From: Xylographa opegraphella
Lineage: Eukaryota
Direction of reading: 5' to 3'
NCBI GenBank assembly: GCA_022813865.1
Contig: JALDZX010000031.1
Location: 186,001 to 250,000, forward strand
DNA length: 64,000 nt
A program made the translations under genes and the position numbers. Below the pieces are notes generated by a model. The model saw nothing but the letters and a program-made list of their open reading frames with translations, had not been told where the DNA came from and did no database searches. This document shows positions 54,015 to 64,000 of the stretch, one piece after another. Within the stretch, counting starts at the first letter, position 1. Each line of letters opens with the position of its first letter.

Positions 54015-55058
54015 AGCTCTTTGTAAATTTGTATAATATGCACTGCATTGTCGGCGCTTTAGCGGGTTCTACGCTCATAGATAACAGTATCGGGAAGCTC
54101 TTCCGAGAAGGGAAATCAAGAAGAGCTAGTCGGTATTTGCTGTATAGATGCGTTGTCGAGTTGAATCAGTAAAATGAGAAAAGCGTAAAGACCGAGCCTT
54201 CCAAACGTGCCTGGTTTCTCATGTACGACCGCTTGAGCTTGCTGTAGGCAGGTCGGGAGTATCAGAAGTCTATATCAGGAACGATGGAAAAGAATATCTG
54301 CCCAGTATTTTCTCATTTGACGATCCACTATCCACATTTTTGCTTAACAAAGATATTCAAGTTTAGTTATTAGTTAGGTTCACACGAGGTTCACACGGGC
54401 TTTGCACTTGACGAGTATCAATAATGAGTAGTAACAATTCCGCTGACAGCACGAAACATCGTATTGCAGTAGGACTTTGAAGTAGAAGCCGACGTTTTCG
54501 TCCGAAGGTTCCAGTCTATGACCCTTTGAAATCTTTACTCTCAACGTCACAGATGATGCCAGTCCATGACCTTCTGACATCTTTACTCTTAAACATCACA
54601 CCGCACAAAAATCTGTCCGGTCTCTCTGACACCGCCCGCGCAACAGCACAAAATGCTCGGCCAGCTCTTAAGAAACCCTCGTAATCCCTCTTCGCAGCCT
54701 CCAAATCGCGAGTCTCAGCAATAGATGATCCAACATAGGTCCCGACAGAATGCCAGGCCAAGCGTGGGGCTGTTGAGTTGCACTGTCTATTGGGCGCGTG
54801 ATGATAAAAAAGAGAAATCCAGCAGTGCGGGAACGGAATTCTGATATTTGCTTCAGAACGCGCTAGGACCAATTGGGAAGTGGCATAATTCACAGAATCG
54901 AGGGAATAAGACCAGGCAGCACCAGCACAGGCACACTTCTGATGAATGGTGGGAGTATGCCGGGTGTAAGGTTTTCAATGGTCCTTGAAAGTTAAGAACA
55001 GGTCGTTGTGTTACTGCGCGCATCAATCCCCCGCCCTCGAAGCTCCCACACCGCAGCC

Positions 55059-56945
55059 ATGGCCTCGGCGGTGTTCTTCCTCGACCTCAAGGGCAAGGTA
55101 CGCTGCCTCATATTACCCCTATAGGGTTTGCGGAGAAGATCTAGGTACTGACTGCCGCTACAGACCCTCCTCGCTCGCAATTATAGAGGGGACATACCCA
55201 TGTCCGCGGTGGAGAAGTTCCCTATCCTCCTCAGCGAAGCCGAAGAAGAGAGTTCAGCAGTTCCACCATGTTTCTCCGACGAGGGGATAAACGTGAGTGG
55301 ATACCTAGATTCTAGGTCTCAAACATAGCTCCATCCCAGCCCAGGTGCTCCTGGCAACGGAGGATAGAAATATTCTTGTCGGTCATCCTGCATGAGAAAG
55401 CCAGCTAACCATCCCTTTCCGGCACCAGTACCTCTACATCCGACACTCTAACCTTTACCTTCTTGCTCTCACCAAACGCAACACCAATGCCGCTGAAATC
55501 CTCCTCTTCCTCCACAAGATCGTCGAGGTCTTCACCGAGTACTTTAAAGAGCTCGAGGAAGAATCCATTCGCGACAACTTTGTCGTAATCTACGAACTAC
55601 TGGACGAGATGATGGACTTCGGGTACCCGCAGACGACGGAGACGAAAATCCTACAAGAATACATAACGCAAGAGAGCCATAAGCTGGAAGTGCAAGCACG
55701 ACCCCCGATAGCTGTCACAAACGCAGTGAGCTGGCGAAGCGAGGGCATACGGTACCGGAAGAACGAGGTCTTCTTGGATGTGGTGGAGTCGTTGAATCTG
55801 CTTGTCTCGTCTACAGGAAATGTGCTCCGCTCGGAAATTCTAGGTGCGATCAAGATGAAGTGCTATCTCTCGGGGATGCCAGAGCTGCGCCTAGGGCTCA
55901 ACGATAAAGCGATGTTCGAGACGACCGGGCGAGCCACAAGGGGAAAAGCGGTGGAGATGGAAGACGTAAAATTCCACCAGTGTGTGCGTCTCTCAAGATT
56001 CGAGAACGATCGCACCATCAGTTTCATTCCCCCAGATGGGGAGTTCGAACTCATGTCGTACAGACTAAACACACAAGTCAAACCGCTTATCTGGGTGGAG
56101 AGTGATGTCAGAAGTCATTCCGGAAGCAGGATCGAGTACGTTTTGAAGGCAAGGGCACAATTCAAGAGGCGCTCAACAGCAAATAATGTGGAGATCTTGG
56201 TGCCGGTGCCATCGGACGCCGACTCGCCCAGATTTCGGACCAATATCGGGAGCGTTCATTACGCGCCGGAGAAGAGCGCCATCATCTGGAAGATCAAACA
56301 GTTTGGGGGCGGTAAAGAGTTTCTCATGCGCGCCGAACTAGGACTGCCTAGCGTCAAGGGAGATGACGAGCATGGCGGCGGCATGACAGGAGGATTTGGT
56401 GGCAGTATGGGAGGAGCCGGTGGACAAGGTAAAGGAAAGAGACCGGTGCAGGTCAAGTTCGAGATACCCTATTTCACAACGAGCGGCATCCAGGTGCGGT
56501 ATTTGAAAATCATAGAGCCCAAGGTGAGTCGTCCGGCGCGAAGGCGCTCTTCTTTATTTCATGATCACGTTGTGTTTTCTGTTGTTTGGTATCTGAACCA
56601 TGCCGATCCAAAGCGGGCGGCTGCGGCCTGTTTTCCATTTGTGGTTCTGTCCCGCCGGGGATCCTGCTGCAGCACACCCATTCCGTCAGAACAACAGAAC
56701 TCGCAGCCCGGTTTCGACCTGTCGATTTTCTACAGTACACGAGAGCCGCTGCACCGGCCACGCCTCCTCGGTCTTTGTCAGCTGAAAAATGCACGCTCTA
56801 TCCCTTTGCGCGATCTTTGTACAACGTCAAATCGTCATGCACTAATTTCTCGTGCCTTTCGCAGTTACAATACCCCAGTCTTCCATGGGTCCGATATATT
56901 ACGCAGTCCGGCGATATAGCAGTGCGATTACCAGACGTCCAATGA
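55059..56945 (+). CDS. APM1: AP-1 adaptor complex mu subunit (4 exons)
   Basis: MASAVFFLDLKGK, ELEEESIRDNFV..YELLDEMMDFGYPQTTE, VSWRSEGIRYRKNEVFLDV, FIPPDGEFELMSY and LQYPSLPWVRYITQSG. Confidence 0.97.
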
Positions 56946-57302
56946 TTGGCGTTGGCGAGAGTGGTGTGACGGGACGCAGAGCCTCATTTCATAAAAAGAA
57001 TGAAAATAAGGATCGTGTGGCAGTCATAGCTATGTAGTTATAGAGTCTGACGAAATTCAATACACGAAAACTTTCGTAATCCTTCATGCTACTACCGCCT
57101 TCATCAGCTCGTGAAAAGCAAGTCAACGTCAAAGCTGGAAACCACAAAAAAGACTCAAACGGCAAAGGCATCCCTGTGTACAAGACTTAGACAATGCGTC
57201 AAAATTATAACCGCCTCGCCAGCAAGCAGAGGAGAGGAATCCATGTAGCATTGAGGCAGAAGCGTCCAATGACGGTACCAAGGAAATAGAAACATCAGTC
57301 GA

Positions 57303-58242
57303 TCAACGAAAAAACGGCCCATAGTGGCCCTGTTCAAGATTCTTTAGTTCCGCTGCAGTGGTTTGAGACTGCTTGTTCAACCAGATTGTTATAACCATGC
57401 CCCTGTATTGCGTGCCTGTGGTAGGTATCAGCTTTGGCACCAACGGAAGCCAACATGGACTCACGGCCGTTCGATGGCAGATTATATGGTAGCCATTGGT
57501 ACGGTTGAACGTGGGCAGTCAAGGAAGTGTGAAGTTCTGCCGGCTGACGGACGAATGCCACAAGCCCAAGTATCAGGGTAAGCTTTCCAGTCAGACCGGC
57601 TGATACGGAAGGAGGATTCGGGTCAGTGTTGACGTTATATCTGTATTGCGCTGTGAAAAGTTCATTTACCCAAGCACTATTTGGGAAACCTGGTGCAACA
57701 AGATGATGTTCTGAACCCGGAGGGTCGAAATCTAGTTCGGAATATTGGGGCCCATTCTCTGATAGTGGCACATGATGGAACCCCAGTCTCTTCCAGCCAT
57801 CATGGTTGACGACATTTTTGGCTCTGGCATCAAAGGGAACGGCGTAAAAGTGTTGCGTAGAGGGGTCGTGGGTGAAAATAGTAGCACTGCTGTATCCAGC
57901 TCCTATGTTCGCTGGTGAAGCATAAGTGATACGGCCGTTTGTCCAGCAGTAGAGATTCCCGTTGGTTTCAAGATACGCATTCCAATGATCTGGTGGGATC
58001 CAAAAGCCGCTCGGGTCATACTGTGGGCCAAGAATCGGGAAATTTGGGTACAGGCCATCGATACGGAAAATAAAACTGAGGGGTACTGGATATTGAGGGC
58101 TTGTGCGTGGTTGCTTCGAAGATTCCTGAAGAGTGATTAGCTGTGGTAGATGGGACAAATCTTCAACGACAGCTACAAACGGAGCACTTGCCGACTTAGT
58201 CGGATATCCCGCTCGTCCAGTGCCAGGCTTCCATGAACTCAT
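57303..58242 (-). CDS. Fungal protein of unknown function (2 exons)
   Basis: Long ORF from ATG at 58242. A GTGAGT...GCTGAT...CAG intron joins it to RTQYRGMVITIWLNK...LEQGHYGPFFR*. Confidence 0.65.
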
Positions 58243-61066
58243 TTCTAAGGTAACGCCGATTCTGAATTATGGAAACAGAGTCCACGTGATCCTCAAATCG
58301 CAACTTTGCCAAACGATTTACATTCTCTCTACGCTGATCCTTCGGATTCGATATCTTATGCCCTGGATGCCGGCAGAGCCTCAATCAGGTGCTCAGCGCA
58401 TGACTGGTTAAGGTCCGCAGGGTAGTGCTGGCCTTCGGAATCATATCGGCTGCCGTATGAACGATCCAACCACGCTATCCTTTCCATCCGGCGGCCCTAG
58501 TTCAGTCCTCGCTATCAGAAGCCCGATTGAGGAGCTCATTAAGTGCTGTCATACATTCACTGTGCCACTCCCATTCGCCGGCTTCGGGCCTGGGTGCGGG
58601 TGTAAAGCCAAGTTCCATTGTCACACATCATTGACTAGACACTCGCAGAGGTGCAGAAGCAAGCCATGGCCCTTCTCCTCCTTTTCATTATTGGCTCCCT
58701 CGGTTGGCACGATAACATGTTTAAGGGCAAGCCTGGCGAAAAGATGGCCCCCCGCATCATCATCTGATAGTGATCGACCACAATGGTTGGCGAACATTAC
58801 CTCGATGGCCAACCGATGCGGTCTAAGAGCACGACCGATGCATAAACAGACAATCATCGGATGTTGATCATGTAAGTGGTGTGGCAACCTGTAACAGGAC
58901 CCGGCTGTTGGGCATCTAGCGTAGACTGCTGCTGCTGGTCCAACACTCTTGAGACTGACAAAGTTGTAGCCTGAATTGAAAAGGATCAAGCAAATAGTGC
59001 CGGGACAGAATATGATGTGATCATAGGAGCACTTGATGGGGAAACAGAATTTACCAGTGAATTGAGGCGCGGAGCCTCAATTTAATGACATCCGCACGCA
59101 GCCTTGCGAATGCTATCGGCGGTAGGTGGCAATGATCCTTCATCCATTATGCTCATACAAAAGTTCCACCAACACGGAATTTATCCTGAAGCAATTTGAT
59201 TGACAGTGACATTCGAAAACTTCGAAAGGTTGCAGAAAACAGGAAGCAATATATACAAAGACTGTCAAGGTAGGGGATGCACAGCAGAGAGGCTAGCGGA
59301 GATTGACTGCAAAGCCGGGCGTTGGCTGTTCCAGCGGCATGGTATCTCATTTGACAACCAGCAATCGAATGATTCCTAGCCTGTAATGATGCATTTCCTT
59401 TGCAGCAGACGGTAAGTGGAAACGAAGGTGACATGCTTGCAGCTGTCAGTGAGTAGTGAGTAGGCTGATCCGTTTCTGACTAGCTAGAATTTTTGAGAAC
59501 GTGTCGTACGATATCATTCACTCGATATGTGACATGACCAATGAACCTCCTATTCGCCAACGAAGGACTTGATTGGTCGATCGCAGCTGATGTTGCCCAA
59601 TAGTATTCATCTGGAATGGTCTCAAACGTCTGAGATATGTCTATATGCCACCGAAAGTCTCATTCAACGAAGGGACTGCGGATACAAGTACCTGAACATC
59701 TGACCTGGGGATACTAGCATGGAGCCAAGTTCGCTATGACCGTCAGTAGGAACAGTGTCTGACGTCAAGGTAATCCTCGTATTGCAGAACATTTGTGTGG
59801 CTGATAGTGGAATGTATCGAGCAGAGCACATACAACATTTGAGTAATGAGTCCAATTCTGTGGAACTCATGTGTTCTCAACGATCCACTGATAGGACTGG
59901 ATGATTACAGAAGCAGAATAGCACAAAGGATGTACGACTTCAAGGAACTTTTGAACGGAAGAGATTCAATCCATTCGAACAGAAGGTGTTCAATCCTATT
60001 CGCCACTTTCATGCGGTATAAGTGCAGATTCGTAGTACCTAGGCAAGCGGGACTCGACCTTGACGATGGGTAGTTGATTGATTTTCGTTCTGGTCGAGCA
60101 GGAACCCCTTACTGTTTCCACGTCAGCACCTCATCAAGTTTTCTTCTGCTATTTTTGCAGCTTCTTGATAACTAAGACAGATTTGGACTGTGTTGACGAT
60201 GTGAATATTTATATCGCCATAGTCAACGCGACGGGAAAGGGAAGCCGGCCAAATGTACGTATCTTGCCCTGCTGAGATGAATTGTGTCACCAATTGCTCA
60301 GACATAATCGAAGGCACCGACCTCTCTCGAAGAGCAATTCATGCTTTCGAGGTGCTGGAATGTTCCGTTGGGTGATCGCGGTCAAGACACGCCGCGTTTT
60401 GCAGAGCGACCAGAATCAACGTCTACATTTCCGGGCATAGCGAGTACCGGCTGCAGCTTCACAAGAGACGAACGACTGCCTGGCACGCCATCGCTGGCAA
60501 AGGTTCTCGATCAGACGGTGAAGGCTTCAGTATTGCTGCACCTGGAGCAGGATGGCAACCGGCTCATGGTGTTTTGACAAACGGCCGATCTCAGTTATAC
60601 CACGAAGATGGTCGAAGTTCGAAGCACGAAGCTGAGAGGGTGTGGAAGCTGACAGGTTGCAGTGCAGAAGACATGCGGAACGGCCAAAGCGCCGCAAGTG
60701 GATTTTTGCCTACCTGCCTTCGGATAGTCTGCGAACCACTCCAGACGCTACGGACACTTTCAAGGCATAGGGCTGAATGGAGCGAAGCTTAGGGGCTGGG
60801 TCTGACGCTCGTAAAGGAAACCCGGTGTCTTGAAAATGGGGAGGGTGAAGGATGGAGAGTGTATTGGTACTATAGAGGACGGGAGTCCCATCACACCGAA
60901 GTTACATCTTTCTCGTTGTGAGAAAAGGTAAATTTAAGCGATTAAATGCACTCGGTCCAACCTTTTCCTGTAGATATGGACCTAAGCTATTTCACATTTG
61001 TTTTTTAAGAGAACAGACTGCATCTAGAAGCCGTAGACGTGACTTGCAGGATATACTTCGCCTATC

Positions 61067-62401
61067 ATGGATATTCCGAAGGTGGTACACAGCATTGTCC
61101 TGGATGCGTCGCCCCTGCTTGTCAACGAACCGTCCATCTCAACGCTTTTGGCAAGGGCAGAAAAACTTTATACCATCCCACAAGTCATCACAGAAATAAG
61201 GGACAGAGATGCACGAGCTCGCCTGGAAGCCACAGTGCTGCCTTTTCTCACAGTTCGAAGTCCTCGTCCTGCAAGTGTCACAGTCATCCTCGATTTCGCA
61301 CGCAGGACTGGTGATTTAGCTGTCCTGAGCAGTCCTGATATACATGTTATTGCATTAGCATATGAGCTTGAATGTGAGTTGAACCATGGGAACTGGAGAC
61401 TACGCAAGGTACCAGGCCAAAAGCGCGTAAATGGTCCTCCACCCGACATAATATCCGAGATTTCACCAGATTCTCCAACGCCCGTCCCAGCAACGAAAAA
61501 TTCGATATCCAATGCTGCAGATCCTCTAGATCCCTCTGCGCAGTCGGCCTTGGAGAACCCTTCAGACAACTGTGCTGCAAATCGGTCTGGCGTGCAATCC
61601 TTACTTCTCATATCAAAATCTGACTCATCCAATATCTCCTCCCTGGAGCGAGCCGCCCAGGATCTTCACCTTGAGAGTTTGGAGGATGGAGTTTTTTCAC
61701 ACAAAACAGTTGATGATGTGCAACCAGCCGAAGAAGCTCCAATTTCTGAAGGGGACGAATCGGACTCAGGTGGCTGGATCACTCCTTCGAATATCAAGAA
61801 ACTACAGATAGGAGACCAGTACTCAGCTCCAGCTACAGCACCCAAGAGAGGGAAGATGCAAGTTGCCACTATCACGAATGATTTTGCGATGCAAAATGTT
61901 CTGCTGCAGATGAATCTGAATCTACTCTCAAGATCAATGCTACGAGTACGACAACTCAAAACCCATATTCTACGTTGTCATGCCTGCTTCGAAAAGACCA
62001 AGGACATGACGAAGCAATTCTGTCCGCGTTGCGGCAAACCCACCTTGACCAGGGTTTCCTGCTCTACGAATGCAAACGGCGAATTCCAGATTCATCTCAA
62101 GAAGAACGTCCAATGGAATCATCGAGGGGACCGTTACAGTATCCCCAAACCAGTCTCTAACAACTCTAATGGGAAGGTCGGGACCGGGAAGGGGGGCGGG
62201 AAAGGAGGTTGGGGTCAGGAGCTGATTCTATCAGAAGACCAAAAGGAATACCAACGGGCTATGACGGGACGAAACAGAAAGAAGGAGAGAAACCTTATGG
62301 ACGATGATTACCTGCCTGGCATCTTGACGGGCGAGCGCAACAGAGCCGGTGGAAGACCAAAAGTGGGAGCAGGGAGGAATGTTAATTCAAAGAAGCGATA
62401 G
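61067..62401 (+). CDS. NOB1: 20S pre-rRNA D-site endonuclease Nob1
   Basis: PIN domain (IVLDAS, EIRD, TGDLAVLS.PD), GWITPSN, DFAMQNVLLQM and Zn ribbon CHAC...FCPRCG. Confidence 0.96.
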   Translation: MDIPKVVHSIVLDASPLLVNEPSISTLLARAEKLYTIPQVITEIRDRDARARLEATVLPFLTVRSPRPASVTVILDFARRTGDLAVLSSPDIHVIALAYELECELNHGNWRLRKVPGQKRVNGPPPDIISEISPDSPTPVPATKNSISNAADPLDPSAQSALENPSDNCAANRSGVQSLLLISKSDSSNISSLERAAQDLHLESLEDGVFSHKTVDDVQPAEEAPISEGDESDSGGWITPSNIKKLQIGDQYSAPATAPKRGKMQVATITNDFAMQNVLLQMNLNLLSRSMLRVRQLKTHILRCHACFEKTKDMTKQFCPRCGKPTLTRVSCSTNANGEFQIHLKKNVQWNHRGDRYSIPKPVSNNSNGKVGTGKGGGKGGWGQELILSEDQKEYQRAMTGRNRKKERNLMDDDYLPGILTGERNRAGGRPKVGAGRNVNSKKR

Positions 62402-62516
62402 ACCGATATAGTATATTTCGACTCAATCGCTATTGTTCTAATGTTAGAATATTCATTCGTTCCCTTCCTCCCAGTTCAATTATATGCCGGAACTCCCCAA
62501 CTGCAAAGTTCCTGAC

Positions 62517-62831
62517 CTATTGCCCCAAGACCTTCTCATTCTCTATGAAGTACGTCAGAATTAGTAGTCATAAATAGCCACCTTCCCTGCATGTACCCAC
62601 TTTGCTGTATTATCAATAGGCCATATCGCTTTTTCAGCGTCACTCGATGCCTGTGAAACCCTGTCAGCTAACCCCTGAGGAACGCCTTCGTCACAGTAGC
62701 TCGTACCTCGAATACTTGTCATCTGGCGAGAAGCGTGCTGGATGGGCGGATTTCGTCACTTCGCTGCCTTGGACTTTCTTCAAGGTGTATGTGCGCTTGC
62801 CGTCCGCATTGAGGGTATACATGAGATGCAT
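62517..62831 (-). CDS. NOP10: H/ACA snoRNP subunit Nop10 (3 exons; last exon tentative)
   Basis: MHLMYTL...YTLKK...[15 protein letters not shown] joined to [12 protein letters not shown]; proposed end QQKNEKVLGQ*. Confidence 0.93.
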
Positions 62832-62982
62832 GTTCGATGGTTTCGGCCAATGATCGAGGAGGCCACAGAGCTGGATCACACCTGGACCGAATTTGAAGAG
62901 GGCGCGATTGAGCAAGTCGAAGGTCGATTTCGGCGTATGAGGTTCAAAAGTTTCCGCGCCGTGTTTGATAGGGCTGTGCGAG

Positions 62983-63012
62983 CTCTTGGCAAACTCTTGG
63001 CAAACTCTTGGC
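62983..63012. repeat. 11-bp unit (CTCTTGGCAAA) about x3 in the NOP10/SEN2 divergent promoter
   Basis: ctcttggcaaa-ctcttggcaaa-ctcttggc read directly from the sequence. Confidence 0.85.
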
Positions 63013-63145
63013 GTTTCAACCGAAATTTCAACTCACTTCCCATCAAATCTCTCATCTCGTGATGAAATCTTGAGGTTGAGTTCAAACCGTATAATGATAT
63101 AGCAATAAGTAAGTGCGGTCCGTCTCATTAGTGTTATTTGTGTTT

Positions 63146-63255
63146 CTGCGGTGATGACACCAATAGATACCTAGAAGAGTGGCTCTGACTTTATGTTATT
63201 CGTCTATGTTGGTTCTATATTCTCTCACGAGAAGACTACAACGGTATCTGAGCAG
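63146..63255 (+). ncRNA. snR79: Box C/D snoRNA, snR79-like (18S 2'-O-methylation guide), intronic
   Basis: Box C GTGATGA (63151-63157), D' CTGA (63185-63188), D CTGA (63248-63251) and terminal stem CTGC/GCAG. The guide AAGACTACAACGGTAT is complementary (one mismatch) to the conserved 18S segment AUACCGUCGUAGUCUU; the D+5 rule points to the C equivalent to yeast Cm1007. It lies in a GTAAGT(63109)...GCTAAT...CAG(63320) intron. Confidence 0.85.
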
Positions 63256-63380
63256 CATTCTTGTTGAATAGTTCTCATCGAAAGATGGACCCAGGCGATC
63301 GCTAATTGCTTTCTCTGCAGATGTATGGAGCACAATTTTAGAAAGTTCAGATACCGTCCGTGTAACTATTCTTCTTGCTC

Positions 63381-64000
63381 ATGTCACATATCACACCCGA
63401 TGAGGGCTCTGTGAATATAGCTGGAATACGCTCCAAGGCAATTACACAGAGCCGGCCTAATCGGCCTAATTACAATGTTCTTCATGCCTTGCCTTTACCT
63501 CTCAGCATATATTCGTTGCCACCACTAATTCTCCACAACCCACTTTCCGTTGTATATTTTGCATATACCTACCTGTATCAGCTGATAGTTCCGCTCTCTT
63601 CCCATCGCAAGACTAAAGTGAAAGCCCACTTCTCTTCTGAAACCCGGTCTGTGCATGTCACCGACCAAAATGCTGCTCGTCTACTTTGGGAAAGTGGATT
63701 CTTTGGTAAGGGAAACTTGAGCAGGAGTGAGCCTAGCTGGCTTGATAGAGAGATGAGGCGAAAGGGCATCATTGTTGGGGAGACAAGTGAGGAGATTACA
63801 AGGCGAAGGCGAGAGGAGAGAAGGGAATTCAAGAAGGAGAGAGCGAGAAAAGAGCGAGAGACAATCGAGAGTTTACTGAAAGAGGAGAAGATTCCAATGA
63901 CTGAAGATCCTCTGGTACAGTCAATAGGTGTGTCTAAGTTTCCCAAGGATCAATCAGAGCTTTCAGGCACAGCAAAGGATACCGACGACCAGGTCATGTC
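63381..64000 (+). CDS. SEN2: tRNA-splicing endonuclease subunit Sen2 (5' part; runs off the window)
   Basis: Manual translation: MSHITPDEG...RPNYNVLHALPLPL...HNPLS...ETRSVHVTD...LWESGFFGKGNLSRSEPSWLDRE...TSEEITRRRREERREFKKERARKE. Confidence 0.9.
   Translation, partial: MSHITPDEGSVNIAGIRSKAITQSRPNRPNYNVLHALPLPLSIYSLPPLILHNPLSVVYFAYTYLYQLIVPLSSHRKTKVKAHFSSETRSVHVTDQNAARLLWESGFFGKGNLSRSEPSWLDREMRRKGIIVGETSEEITRRRREERREFKKERARKERETIESLLKEEKIPMTEDPLVQSIGVSKFPKDQSELSGTAKDTDDQVM

Noticed and set aside
56561..56596. ATGATCA...CTGA as a C/D snoRNA in the APM1 intron
   Set aside because: Box C is mismatched, the span is too short and no rRNA-complementary guide was recognised.
59060..59082. 9-bp hairpin AATTGAGGC/GCCTCAATT
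   Set aside because: Short and intergenic; a terminator-like reading does not apply in a eukaryote.
58243..61066. Short ORFs in the 2.8-kb gap before NOB1
   Set aside because: No coherent spliced model, motif or transposon signature was found.

Overview
Gene-dense, intron-rich genomic DNA from a filamentous ascomycete (Pezizomycotina; inferred from GT-AG introns with CTRAC/CTAAT branch points, the gene families present and a dispersed 5S rRNA gene). About 25 protein genes or gene remnants are visible. Core genes: VPS54, glycogen synthase, ERG20, CDC23, CAF-1 subunit A, a CTR copper transporter, glucosylceramide synthase, RTT109, MRPL15, APM1, NOB1, NOP10 and a partial SEN2. Accessory genes: an MBOAT acyltransferase paired divergently with a nonsense-disrupted P450, two PTH11-like membrane proteins, a disrupted HNH-nuclease gene, a lactose/cellodextrin-type permease, a divergent Zn2Cys6 factor/MFS efflux pump pair, a methyltransferase and an SDR. 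Non-coding features: one 5S rRNA gene, a MITE-like element next to it, and an intronic snR79-like C/D snoRNA upstream of SEN2. The most unusual signal is a copy of that snoRNA's 18S target sequence about 100 nt downstream of it, in the SEN2 leader, which suggests a snoRNA-host regulatory pairing. All gene models and family calls were made by eye from motifs; no database search was run.
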